A stretch of DNA of 63,054 bases, counting the filler, from Kipferlia bialata (Eukaryota): the NCBI GenBank assembly GCA_003568945.1. It is 6 parts of 6 records of this genome, joined end to end, with 100 filler letters (N's around TTAATTAATTAA, not from the genome) between each part and the next. Parts side by side here need not be neighbours in the genome. Positions count along the whole stretch, not along the records: positions 23,396 to 34,990 come from BDIP01001220.1; positions 35,091 to 42,903 come from BDIP01001221.1; 4 more parts are not named here. One strand, 5' to 3'. Below the pieces are notes generated by a model. The model saw only the letters and a program-made list of their open reading frames with translations. It had not been told where the DNA came from and searched no databases. A program made the translations under genes and the position numbers. Positions 24,475 through 38,826 of this stretch are shown here, piece after piece (position 1 is the first letter of the stretch; every line of letters starts with the position of its first letter).

Positions 24475-27400
24475 AGTGTGTGGCCTTCCTGCCCTGGCAT
24501 GCAAGTACCACCGGTATGTATTGGTTATATGTATATATATATTCTGATAATCTGCCTTATATCACTCTACACCCTTATATCCCCAGGTGCACTGTCTGCC
24601 GATGACTGCTATATCATCTATATACGAATAAACATGAAAGCGATATCCCTACACCCTTACAATCCACCCTACACCCTTACTATCCATCCTACACCCTCAT
24701 TCCCCAGGTGTACTGTCTGCCCATGGCCCTGCAATATAATATCCTATATATGTACACGCTTGTATATACACATATAGACATATGTATATATATATATATA
24801 TATACATGTCTCCCACTACCCCCTTATATCTCCAGGTGTACTGTCTGCCCATGGCCCTGCTCAGCAGTGAACTCAGCAGGTATAGGCCTAAGATATATAT
24901 ATATATATATATATAAGTACCCCCACTGCTGTAGATATGTATGGGTGTCTATCAAGGCCCTGCTCAGCAGTGAACTCAGCAGGTACTGTGTGTGAAGAAT
25001 ATATGTGTTGGTATATTCCCGGCACTCTCTCTTTCTCTCTCTATCCCTACACTAACCCCTAGCAAGTATGCCCGTGACAGTTACTCTCTCTCTCTCTCCA
25101 TGTCTCTCTCTACTAACCCCTAGTAAGTATGCCCGTACCGGTGGTGTCATCGAGTGGTGCCAGACACTCGGGAAGTACGGAAGATATACATAGTATATTA
25201 ATATATATATATATATTTATAGTATAGTATTGTATACAGTGCATGTATATTGTACATATACAGCTAGGTGGTGTCATCGAGTGGTGCCAGACACTCGGGA
25301 AGTGAGTGATATATACATGTGTATATGTAGTATACAGTGCATATATATAACTAGGTGGTGTCGTTGAGTGGCGCCAGAGACTCGGGAAAAGAGAGTCGTT
25401 CTGTACAGTATATGTATACGTGTATTAGTCCCATATAGTATGTATACATGTATACTTGCACTTCTGGTCATACTGTTCTATAATACACTCGGGAGTATTT
25501 GCAAGTATAGTGAGTTACATGTAATCTCTCCCTCTTCCTACATTCCCTCATAGCATTAGGAACATCATATGACTTCTCTCTCTCTCTCTCTATCTCTCTC
25601 CCTACACCCTTTTTACCCCCAGGAACGTTGGTGCAGTCAATGGGTACCTGCACTTCTTCTACAATATCATAGGTGGGTTCTCTCTCTGTCTCTCTCTCTG
25701 TCATATTGGTGTAGTTGAAGTTATATATACAACTTGTTAGGCAAATATTTGTTTCCTCAATATATATATCTAATGCTCTAATGCTCTACTCAACTATATA
25801 GAGATGTGTAGATAATGTATATATTTCTTGTAGTCGTCTAGTATGCCATTGATATACATTACCAATTCTAAAATGTGTTTGTTGCCATTGCCAGACAATG
25901 CCCTACCCGTCCAGTAGTGACTGTCACCATTCTCCCTCGGTATATTGAATACGTATCTATCTATTCACATACACCCCATACGCCCCATACACCCACCCCC
26001 AGACAATGCCCTCTACCCCTCCTGTTGTTGTGACTACCTATCACGGATTGAACCCTTCCAGGCACTCAGTGGTGGAATACCTAGGTAATTTTATGTGAGA
26101 GTATTGCATAATAGTGTTTGTATAGAGGTATACTATATACCTACGTAGTATTGAACCCTTCCAGGGACTCAGTGGTGGAATACCCGGGTATTTAGACGAT
26201 CAACGTGGACCCGCGGCATTTGTACGGAGACGTATGTATTATCTCTTTCTACAATGGTAAATAGACGATTATACGCTCATATACAGGGTCCTCTTCTCTC
26301 TGTCACTGTTACATGTATGTATTCTCTCTCTCTCTCGGGTGATTAGACCCCTGTGCTAAACTACAGGGTCCTCTTCTCTCTGTTCCTGTTCTGCCTGTCT
26401 GCTGTACTGAACTGCATGGGCCTTGAACTAGTAGGTATATAGTATAATAGAAATAGTATACCCTATACATGTGTACAACCTATATACATGCACTAATATA
26501 TGTTTAGTATTATAGTATATGCTGCCTGTCTGCTGTGTTGAACTGCATAGGACTGGAATTAGTAGGTGAGTATATATATACACTCCGTCTGTGTATTTGT
26601 CCCTCCAACACACTCACCCCAGGCACCAGTGCCCTTGTCTTCACCACCCTGGTCCTGCTTCCATTCCTAGGTACAGGAACAAATATAACATAAAGATATA
26701 GATATGTTAACAGATATACATGTATATATATGGCATTCCTCAGTGCATATGTGTATATATGTACCATATGTATGAGTATCTATTCATTACCCTGGTCCTG
26801 CTGCTATTCAGTAGGTATATAGGTATATATGCAATTGCCGTCATGCTCCTTGGTCACACACATATATATATATATATATATCTACACCCTTAATATCAGC
26901 ATTTATGTTCCTTGGTCTGCCCTCTGTCACATGGACACCTCTCTCTCTCTCTCTCTCTNNNNNNNNNNNNNNNNNNNNNNNNNNNNNNNNNNNNNNNNNN
27001 NNNNNNNNNNNNNNNNNNNNNCTCTCTACACCCTTATTATCAGCCTTTATGTTCCTTGGTCTGCCCTCTGTCACATGGGCTGGGCTGACATCACTGCCAA
27101 CAGATGGGAACACAGTACGATGCATATATATATTTATATATATATATAGATGGAAACACGGTACGAGGCATTATTATAGTATATCTACACTCTATATATA
27201 TATATAATAATACTAGTTATTTAGATATCACATGGGCTGGTCTGACATCACTGCCAACAGATGGAAACACGGTATGGATATAGTATATATCTGGTGTTAA
27301 TTGTGTATGTATCTCGTTATGTATTCCCCTCAAACCTGAAATGCTGTTCTTTCTTACCTTACTTTAGCCCTGTAGATCAATTATGTATCTATCCTTGATC

Positions 27401-29403
27401 TAACACACTAGATCAACTGGTTCCTCCTACTATCCACCTTGATCTGGAACTGTTCGGGGTTCGACACAATTGGCGCAGTGGCAGGTGAGTAATGTCTTTT
27501 CACATTGTATATTCATTAGCGTTACTATATGTATTACTACATGTATTACTATATTCCACTATTCTTTAATGGTGTATCCCTTGACATCAGTTTCGCACTT
27601 GATTCAGTAAGTCCAGATAGTAAATATCGTATTATAGTATTCCCTTAGTAAATAGTGTTACCTTCATTGAGTCATTTATTGATCGATTGACGTCAGAGGA
27701 AGTCAAGGAGCCCAAGAAGACATATCCAAAGGCCCTCTCACTCACTGTGCTTCTGGTATGGAAGAGTGTCTATCATATATACCATTCCATTATATGTGTA
27801 TACACACATACTCATATATACATGCAGATATATATATGGAGAAGGAACTTGCATCCCTCTCTCTCTCTCTCTCTCTCTTTTCTCTCACCATACATATTGC
27901 AGACATCCTAGTCGTGTTTCTGGTTCTCTCTCTCTATCTCATAAGAGTATACCCATTCTGCTTCGAGTGACGTCCTCTAGTCCAGTTATCTCTCTCGTGT
28001 CATATGTATATTTACATATGTAGACATTACTGACGGATTTTTAGGTTGTTCAGTAACATTCTGCCAGTAATCTCTCTCTCTCTTTCCTAACACAAGAAAA
28101 GAGAAAGAATATCTCTATATATCTATATAGTTGTTTCTCACCCTTAGGTTGGTGTCAGCTACATCCTGCTTGTTGGGGTCCTCTCTCTCTCTCTCTCTTT
28201 CTCCCCTAATGTATATCTATGTATATATATATATGTATATGTATATGTATCCTTACCCTCAGGTAGGTGCCAGTTACATCCTGCCAGTGATCTCTCTCTG
28301 TCCCTCTTTCTCTCTCCTAATATACATATATATACATATTTATACTCACCCTTAGGTAGGTGCCAGTTACATCCTGCCAGTCGGTGTAGGGGTCCTCTCT
28401 CTCTATCTATCTCCAATACTTTTATGTCTATTTCTGCATATGTATATACTGACTAACTGTCAGGTTGGCGCCAGTTACATCCTGCCAGTTGGGTTCCTCT
28501 CTCTCTCTCTCTCTCCCCTAACATGCCTATATTTACTATTGCTAACTGACAGGTTGGTGCCAGTTACATCCTTCCCGTCGGTGTAGGGGTGTGTGTACAG
28601 CCAGACACAAACATGTGGTATGTATATACGTACATAGACATATATATATACATGTAATAGTATATATATGTGTGTGTTGGGATGTGTGTACAGCCAGACA
28701 CATACATGTGGTACGGTGTAAAGTAGATAATAATATATATGTTTATAGTATAATTGTATAGATGGATACATATGGTGTATATGCATTGGTATATTATATA
28801 CAATAGGTGTGGGTATGAGAGTGTGTGTGTGCAGCCAGACACAAACATTTGGTGTGTCTTACATTATATTGGTATTGTATATATATTGTGTTTATTATTT
28901 CTATCTTTCATCCCACCCCCAGGTATGATGGGGCATTCATTGTTATGGCATTATGTATATACATATGAATATGTATACAAGATATATTGCNNNNNNNNNN
29001 NNNNATTATGTATATACATATGAATATGTATACAAGATATATTGCTATATATGTACATAGATGTATACATATATGATCCTCTCACCCCAGGTATGACGGG
29101 GCATTCATCGATATGGTATATATGTATATACAAATATGTATAGAATACAATGTGTATATATATATATATTATTATTATTATTATTATTATCATCCCACCC
29201 CAGGTATGACGGGGCCTTCATCGACATATCAAGGCTCCTCCCAACGGCATCTAACGGGTATGAAGTATCGTATACACCATAGTAATTGTACGGTATCGTT
29301 TCTGTATAGTGGTACAGTACTATCCAGAGGTTACACCCTCACACTATTTGTCTGTTGCGTTAAGTGGAATTGATATCATTTCCCACGTTCAGTCACTTAG
29401 TCA

Positions 29404-29443
<40 letters not shown>

Positions 29444-29521
29444 ACACCCTTACTCCCAGATGGCTGGCCCTTCTCCTGACCCTGAGTGGTGTACTCTCCT
29501 CATTTGGTATCCTGCAGGTAC

Positions 29522-29557
<36 letters not shown>

Positions 29558-31321
29558 CAAGTAATTCGGTATCCTGCAGGTACCACTACAGATACTAGGT
29601 ATATAATTAGTTATATAATATTGGTATATAATTAGACAGCGTGGGAGAGACCGAGGACGGTGCATTAATCATTCATTATGATAATATTCAGACTCTCTGA
29701 TATGAAACTCATTCGGTATCCTTCAGGTGCTCCTCACCCTGCCTTCCATTATCTCTCTCTCTCTCTCTCTGTCTGTCTCCATATAACCCTACCCTCGGGT
29801 GATGCCACTGACGCCTCCTACTCAGGCTAATATATATATATATCAGGCTGCCATTGGTTGCACCTTATCTCTCTCCCACTCTCGCTCACCTTCTCTCTCC
29901 CTCTCTATCTGTATGTATATAATTGTATATATATCTCCCACCTCAGGCTGCCATTGGTTGCACCGGTCGTGAACTGTATGCCATGGCCGCACTCAAGCAT
30001 GTATGTCAAAAATACACTCTATCATAATACATGCACTGCCCCACATTCTCTCTATAACCCTTGTTACACTCAACTTACCCCTCAGCTCCCCTTCTCCAAG
30101 CCCCTGCTCAAGTTGCACCGGACATGGGGGACCAAGGTAACAGAGAGGGATACTGATACACTATACTATATATACACTATAGTAGTATACATTATACCTA
30201 TATATATATATACTATATTAGTATATATAAGCTGCACCGGACATGGGGCACAAAGGTAACAGAGACATTATTATTATGCAGATGTTGTTACAAAGAGACA
30301 TAATTAGTATGACGGATATTATATATATCTGACCCCCAGGGCAAGGTGGACAGCGAGTATATCCTCTATTCCATATATATGTATATGTATATGCTCGTAC
30401 TATAACTATATTTATTAACTGACATCAAGGGCAAGGTTGACAGCGGTTATATATATATACTATATACTATATATCTATATATAATATACATTATATATGT
30501 AATATATACAATATGACTAATACCCAGGGCAAGGTGGACAGCGATGGACAGACCGAGGACAGTGCATATACTATATATAGTATATATACTATAATAGTAT
30601 AATAGTATAATAGTATTATAGTATATTGTATACTAGTATATAGATACTGATACCAGGGCAAGGTGGACAGCGGTTATATATATATACTATATACTATATA
30701 TCTATATATACTATACATAATATATGTAATATATACTATGCTACTATAATAGTATATACTATATTTATGTGTATATATATATACTGACCCCCAGGGCAAG
30801 GTGGACAGCGATGGAGAGACCGAGGACAGTGCATATACTACTATATATAGTATATATACTATAATAGTATATACACTATAATAGTATATACTATATATAT
30901 ACTATTATGTACTGGTTCTGATACCAAGGCAAGGTTTATCATACTGAATCTGTTATGTATATAAAGACACTACTATATATATGTATACTAATACCCAGGG
31001 CAAGGTGGACAGCGATGGACAGACCGAGGACAGTACATATACTGTATATAGTATATATATTATTATAGTATATACACTATAATAGTATAATAGAATATAG
31101 TATATAATATACTATATATATATGCATTTAGTGTAGTATACAATATAGATACTAATACCCAGGGCAAGGTTGACAGCGATGGACAGACCGAGGACAGTAC
31201 ATATACTGTATATAGTATATGTAGACAATATATATACTAGTATATGTAATGACTAGATGCTAATAACCAGGGACAGACCGAGGACAGTGCAGTGCCAGTG
31301 GTGGCAATCATCACTCAGGTA

Positions 31322-31352
<31 letters not shown>

Positions 31353-31520
31353 CTTACACTCTTTATTCACATGGAAGTGCTGTGCCAGTGGTGGCAATCA
31401 TCACACAGGTAGACTATGTCTCTCTCTCTCTCTCTCTTCCTACACCCTTAATTCACATATATATGTGGCAATCATCACTCAGGTACTCTATGTAAATTAT
31501 ACTATATACAAATATCCTAC

Positions 31521-31559
<39 letters not shown>

Positions 31560-31866
31560 ATACTCACTCCCAGGCCCTCCTGTCCTCTCCCTTTGTGTTC
31601 TTCCAGTTCGAGTACCTGCTAGGTATACTGTCTATGTACTGCTAAAATGTTATCTTACCAATTATACTAGAGGTGAAGACACTGTCTGCTATGTATCATA
31701 CAAATTGTATCTTACATCACCCTTCTTTAGTCTTTAGCCTGCATCATACATTTATAGGTATCACTCACATACATATATATATCTCTTGCCCTCTCACCAC
31801 CAGCCCTCGATGGACTATTCACCTCCCTGACCCTCCTCTTGTAAATATTTGTGCCTCTATGTAAAT

Positions 31867-31897
<31 letters not shown>

Positions 31898-33081
31898 CAC
31901 ATGTATTCACTTTTACTGTCCCTATCTAATCACTAGGTCTCGACGGACTGTTCACCTCCCCGACAGTCCCTCGTTAATATTTGTACATATGAAAATATAT
32001 TTATATATCTATATATATCGCCCTCTCTCATCACCAGGCCTGGATGGTCTGTTCACCTCCATCTCTCTCTCTCTCTCTCTTTCTCTCCACTCTCATCCCT
32101 AGGTCTCGACGGTCTGTTCACCTCCCTGACCCTCCTGCTGGAGGTGGTGGCATACATCAACCTGAGGTAAGTATTAGTATATATTATGCTATATATAGAG
32201 CGTACATAGTAATATGTATAGTATATACTGTTAGTAGTTATGTATACTCTGACCTTTCTGCTGGAGGTGGTGGCATACATAAACCTCAGGTGGGTATAGA
32301 TGTATACTATGTATTACATATTATATATATGTACTGTATGCAAATGTATAGCATACTCTGACCCTGCTACTAGAGGTGGTGGCATACATCACCTGAGGTG
32401 GGTATTAGTGTATATATATATATATATAATGTATATATAGTATATATTATATGTAGTATATATTAAAAGTTGTTGGATATACTCTGACCTTTCTGCTGAA
32501 GGTGGTGGCATACATCAACCTCAGGTGGGTGACGCGTGTGTATATGAGTAGTGTATGTATAGTATATACCCTAAGTCGTTGTATATACTCTGACAATCCT
32601 GTTGGAGGTGGTGTTGATGAATACTCCCTCTAATATTCCTGGATGAAGACTCTCCCGCAGTGATGGAGACTTATGGATATATGTATTACTATGTCTTGTT
32701 TTACATACATATACATATGTATCAATATATGTGTATCTCTATATATATATGTATCTCTATATATGTGTATCTCTATGTACTACACCCTTTTTCCCCCAGG
32801 ATGCAGTCTAGAGAACGCTACTTTTGATACGTTTATATATATATATGTATGTGTATATGTGTATTCTACACCTTCTAATACTAGGATGCAGTCCAGAAGA
32901 CTCTCCGGCAGTGATGGAGACCTATACGTTGGCCTGCTGGACTCAGAGGCGGATCACTCTACACCCTTTATCAGCAGAGAGGAGAGAGAGAGAGTTATTG
33001 AGGGTCTTGAGGATGAGGTTGAGGGATATGTGGTGCCATACGGTATCCTGGGCACCATTGTGGTGAGTGTATCTGTCTCTA

Positions 33082-33123
<42 letters not shown>

Positions 33124-34510
33124 TCTCACACACACACACATATATATACATATACCTATATATATTCGGTTGCATCTGATCCCTTAGGTCTGCCTTCCCC
33201 TGGTCGTTGTGTCTGTGGCACAGTCACTCTCTCTCTCTCTCTCTCTCTAATATATCTCTCTCTATCTCATGTCTAGGTCTGCCTTCCTCTGGTCGTTGTG
33301 TCTGTGGCACAGTCACTCAGTGGGGGACTCTTGAACATACTAGGTACTACTAAACGTATTATATATACACATATATTCTATCACTAGTATGGTGTACTCA
33401 TATATGTGTATATATATGTCTGTGGCACAGGGACTAAGTGGGGTACTGCTCAACATAATAGGTACTGCCTCTCTCTCTCTCTCTCTCCCTTATATATAGC
33501 TAGGTACTGCCTCTCTCTTACTGAATAGTGTTGTTGCATATAGGTATGTAGTAGTTCTCTCTATGTATGTATTTTTATGTATGGAAGTATTCATACCCCA
33601 CTGTGGTGTGTATGTACTAACCCCAGTCATCCTTGTGCTCATGTCCTTCATGTCATATATATATATCTCTCAATATACATTGTATGTAGGAGTATATATA
33701 GAGAGGAGGTATTCTGACCCCAGTCGTCCTTATACTCATTGCATTTATGTTCTCTCTCGCTCTGTGTATATATTAGTGTTTGCACATATCTCTAAGAGTA
33801 TTTACAGGCATTATGTGTATTCTATGTCCCTTAACCCCAGTCATCCTTGTGCTCATGGCCCTTGGTCTCGGGGTGTACCACATCAACATCAGGTATATGT
33901 GTATGTATATATACATAATGTATGTATATACATAATTATAGAGGTAGAGAGAGAGATTGCCCTCTTGGTCTCGGAGTGTACCACATCGGTGGATATGTGT
34001 ATATATATATATATGTATATATATAGTGTATATATATTAGTAATGATAGTGTATATGTAGAAATGGCCCTCTTGGTCCAGAAGTGTTCCATATCAACATC
34101 AGGTACACATATGTATGTATATATACACACATATATATAGTCTTCCACTCTTTTATAGAGAGGGGGGTGGGTGGGGGGAGAGAGAGAGAGAGAGAGAGAT
34201 AGTACCACATCAACAAGGTTCCAGTCATAGTATATTGCTATCTGTCTGGATACAGAATATCAATAAGTGACGTGTGTTGATGAATCCCCATATCAGGACA
34301 GGAGGGCCAATGTCGTTATCACCCCTGTTACCCCTCATAATTGTATTATTACCGTTTCATATATATAATGTGTTTTGATGAATGACCCACAACAGGACAG
34401 GAGGGTCAATATATGTATACATATATTTATATATTTATATATTTATACATATAGACCCCCATATCAGGACAGGAGGGTCTGCGGCTGAGGCAGATGTGGT
34501 ATTGGTCTGA
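23821..34510 (+). CDS. APC-superfamily amino acid/polyamine permease (PUT/RMV1/POT1-like), more than 20 short exons, 5' end missing
   Basis: LVGLTFFVVAAGPAGIESAVNAAG; LPMALLSSELSS; GGVIEW; IDNALYPSCCCDYL; LSAVLNCMGLELVG; INWFLLLSTLIWNCSGFDTIGAVAEEVKEPKKTYPKAL; RELYAMA; LLEVVAYINLR; ends ADVVLV* (TGA 34508-34510). These motifs are typical of the plant/kinetoplastid polyamine transporter subfamily. Confidence 0.88.
30330..31318 (+). repeat. Array of about 8 truncated acceptor+exon-start copies (AG|GGCAAGGT(G/T)GACAGCG...) in one transporter intron
   Basis: Copies near 30338, 30428, 30525, 30654, 30792, 30925, 30996 and 31160, separated by TA-rich spacers, before the complete exon 31271-31318. 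Confidence 0.9.
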
Positions 34511-34990
34511 TGAAACTGGTACTTCCTTAGAGAGTGTCCACTCTCGTGATGTAGTAACAAGACTTCGCAGAACTCTGTAAGCCATTAGTTCGATCATAGT
34601 TATTATTTCAAAGAGTGGGTTGAAATGGAGAGAGAGAGAGAGAGAGAGTACCGAGGAAGAGCGATACCGGGTTAGATGGAGAGTTGTGTTCCGATAGGTT
34701 GGTGTGTTGGTTTGTATTAGTTGAGGACTCGTCATGAAGAGAATAGATTCATCACTTGATCACATGTCTGTTGGTGCGTCTATTTGTCTAAGTCTTTCTG
34801 TCTGTATGTAAATAGTGGGAAAATCAAAACGTGTTTTACATGATGATTACCCATCCTCATTGCCTGGAAAGTCAGGACTCTTGCTGATTCATGACTTGAT
34901 TCAAGTCACTTGAATGGGATTGTGTCAGGCATGGTAAATCGGGAAGTGGTTCCCGATTTAGGTCCATCCTCCCCGATCAAGTTGCTGAGT

Positions 34991-35090
34991 NNNNNNNNNN
35001 NNNNNNNNNNNNNNNNNNNNNNNNNNNNNNNNNNTTAATTAATTAANNNNNNNNNNNNNNNNNNNNNNNNNNNNNNNNNNNNNNNNNNNN
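34991..35090. other. Artificial contig-joining linker
   Basis: N44-TTAATTAATTAA-N44. Confidence 0.97.
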
Positions 35091-35093
35091 GAA

Positions 35094-35135
<42 letters not shown>

Positions 35136-35165
35136 AATAGAGAGAATATATACACATGCACTCAC

Positions 35166-35743
35166 TTGGACATGAGCATCTCAGAGGCACCGGCACCGAT
35201 CACAGTGCGGGACTCGTGCACAACCTGAGGGGGTAAGAGAAAGGGGGGGGGGTAATGGTTACACTATACATATACTGTATAATGCATGTATACACAGTAC
35301 CTGGGACAGCACAGCGAGGGCATCGTGAAGGGACCTCTCGGCCTCATCCAGGATGTGCTTGGAGGCACCCCTAGGAGGTGAGAGAGGGAGGGGGGGGAAG
35401 AGAGAGAGCGAGAGAGAGAGATAGAGAGAGGATGTGCTTGGAGGCACCCCTGGAGGGTAAGAGAGAGAGAGGGGGAGGGAGAGAGGGAGGGAGAGAGAGA
35501 GGATGTGCTTGGAGGCACCCCTGGAGGGTAAGAGAGAGAGACTGGGGTATATGAACATATACATATATTAATATATATATATAGAGAGAGAGAGATAGTA
35601 CCTGAGCACCACTGTGGATGCAGACTGGAAAGCAGATACTACATATGCATTATATATATATCCAATATATAAATATATATCCTGTGTATATACCTGAGCA
35701 CCACGGTGGATGGTAAGAGAGAGAGAGACTAAGGTATATATAG

Positions 35744-35786
<43 letters not shown>

Positions 35787-37777
35787 CTGAGCACCACGGT
35801 GGATGCAGACTGGGAGGGGAGGCCGGCAAACTGCACAAGCCTGTCCTCACCGATCATGATCTCCTGAGGGGGTGAGAGTGTGGGGGATACGCGAGATAGA
35901 GTACAATGATTAGATGTATAACATAGTGTATATACCTTGACGGATGCACACTTTCCGAGCTGGCATGTCTCTGGGTGGTCGAAGGTGGAGGCAATCTCAG
36001 ACCCAGTCACTAGGGCAAGTCTCTCAATGCCGTCAAAGTCAGCGTTGTCAACGGTCAGGACACCTGAGAGGTAAGAGAGAGGTAAGGGAAAGAGAGAGAG
36101 AGGTCAGACATAGTAAAGGCGAATCAGATACTAGTGTCAGTATAGGGAGCAGACGTCATATATACCTACACCTATATATATATATATATATATATACGTA
36201 CCCTGGCGAGCGAAGTACTCGGCGGGCACATCGTAGATGAGCTGCCTGTTGATAAGCACGTTGATGCCGGTGCTCACAATCTTGGCGCACTTCTCCTAGA
36301 GGGTTAGATCCACTAAATGAAATATAGCACAAACCAAACAATAACATCCCAAGATCAAGGAGAACCATAGCCCTAGTACCTGGATTCTGTCCCTCTCGGC
36401 AGCCTCGATGGCAGCGAGCTTGGCTGGCTGGTCGACACGCACACGGGTGCCCTGGGGGTGAGAGGGCATATATATATAGAGAGAGAGTGTGTGGGTGAAG
36501 GGGGTAGATAGAGAGGGAGGGGAGAGAATATAGTATGGCATTATAGAGTATGTGTGTGTGTGAGAGAGAGGGTGCACCCTACGTATGTATATCTACTCAC
36601 CATGATCTTGATCTTGTCCACGTCGAGTGGGGTGTTGACGACAAGGATGCGGGCATCCTCGATGGAGGTGGGGCAGCCTGGGGGTAAGTGCTTAATACAC
36701 ACATATATAAATACATAGAAACATCCACAAACATACATACACCCTCGATGGAGGTGGGGCAGCCTGGGGGTAAGTGCTTATTACATATATATATAAATAT
36801 GAACACACACAAACATCCATACACCCTCGATGGAGGTCGGGCAGCCTGCGGGGTGAGAGAAGGTACAATGATACAATAATATATGTATATACATGTTTAT
36901 ATATACTTGTACACATACCCTGCACAATGGGCTTGTCCAGCAGGAATCCGTCAGAGAGGAAGGAGTCCTTGAGGGTGCCGCCAGACTTCTTGATGATCTG
37001 GTATAAGGGGCTAGAGGGAGAGAGAGAGATAAGAAGGTGGGAGAGAGACAGCTCACTAGAGATGGGAATGATAAGGTGCTAGAGAGAGAGAGGGAGGGAG
37101 AGACGCAGTACCTGGATGTGGGAGAGGTCTGTGCTTCCCTTGAGCCTGAGCACAGCGTCCACAGCGAGGTTGGCAAAGAACTCACTGAGTGTAAGTAATC
37201 ATATCTAAATTATATATCATAGCTATAGCAATTACGTACCGAGAGTGCACCAGAATCTTGGAGGAGAGGGTGGTACTATACATGTATATACATACACACA
37301 ATAATTATATATGTTTAACGTACCGAGAGTGCACCAGAATCTTGGAGGACAGGGTGGTACGGGCAATGTTCATGAGGTCCTCCCTGAAGGCAGTGGGGTC
37401 CTGAGGGTGAGGGGGCACGATCAGATACAACGAGGGAGAGAATGAGAGAGAGAGAGAAGACAACGGTGTCCTGAGGTGAGATACATGTACAGAGAGAAGT
37501 TGAAGATACTACGTAATAGAGAAGGTATGTGAAGAATATACGAAGGAGTGTGGGGGGAGGGGGGGGGGATTCTTGTGTATATATATGTATACCTCTCCGT
37601 GGTCCCTGGCAGCAGCCTCGAGGGCAGCCTTGGCGGTGTTGGAGGCCTTCCTGGGGGTGAGGACAGAGAGACCGATATAGAATATGAGTGTTAGTGCCAC
37701 AACATATGTTGTATCACACCTAAATCCCTCGATGATGGTCATGGGGTGCAGCTTCTGGATCATATTGGTGTGTATAC

Positions 37778-37814
<37 letters not shown>

Positions 37815-37883
37815 GTGCCATACCTGAATCCCTCGATGATGGTCATGGGGTGCAGCTTCTGTACCATACTCGTGTGTATACTT

Positions 37884-37920
<37 letters not shown>

Positions 37921-38826
37921 GTGTCATACCTGAATCCCTCGATGATGGTCATGGGGTGCAGCTTCTGGATCAGAAGCTTCTCGGCCTCCCTAAGGAGCTC
38001 ACCGGCAAGCACAACAACGGAGGTGGTTCCATCGCCAATCTCCTCGTCCTGGGGGTGAGGAATGGAGGGTAAATAGAGAGAGAGAGAGAGAGAGAGGGAG
38101 CCGATTCCCCTACCTGCACCCTGGAGAGGTCGCACAGAACTCTGGAGGCGGGGTTGTCGACAAGGATAGCCTGGGGTGACCAAAAGTATGCATACGCCAT
38201 ATATAACTAACCAAACTACAATTGATTCCTAATTGATTATGTATGAGATTGCCAGTAAACTCGACACCACCAACCTTGAGGATAGTGGCTCCATCGTTGG
38301 TGATAGACATAGCACCGGTCACAGACTGCAGAATCTTGTCCATACTGGGTGAGGGGAGGGGTTGGGGTTCGGATAGCAAGAAGTGAACATGGTGGAAATG
38401 CGCGGAAACGAGTGTCTATATACATGCACACAGAAGCACCATTAGGCGATACGTTCAAACCACACAAACTACACCATCTCAGCAGCAACCCAATAGAGCA
38501 CAGGTGCATCAATTAGAGGTATAAACGAGCACTTACCCCTTGGGTCCCATAGTGGACTTGAGCAGGTCAGCGAAGGCGATACCAGCGGAGACATTGGACT
38601 GGAGTGAGAACAATGCTCAAAAGAACACCTGTATCCACCAATATAACGTACCAGGCGGGCAAACTCGCCCTTCTCAGCCTTAGCTCCCTGGTTCAGGATC
38701 TGAATAGGTGCAAGTCCGTCCTGACGTGAATGGAGCGTAAAGAGACACACAGGAGCAACATATCGGAACTACACACCCAATAATCAACAAACACCGCACT
38801 ATATATGCCAACACTAGCCTTACCAT
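35166..38826 (-). CDS. CCT2: T-complex protein 1 subunit beta (CCT-beta), 3' truncated
   Basis: [24 protein letters not shown]|...[19 protein letters not shown]...[22 protein letters not shown]...|[40 protein letters not shown]...[15 protein letters not shown]...DKIKIM|GTRVRVD...INRQLIY...[25 protein letters not shown]...[23 protein letters not shown]. Confidence 0.97.

Noticed and set aside
28950..29046. Identical ~40-bp duplicate flanking a 15-N gap (similarly 46900-46993)
   Set aside because: Most likely unmerged contig overlaps at scaffold gaps; not counted as biological echoes
30330..31290. CRISPR-like repeat/spacer appearance
   Set aside because: Repeats are variable-length copies of a splice acceptor plus exon start, spacers are low-complexity and irregular, the context is eukaryotic, and there are no cas genes
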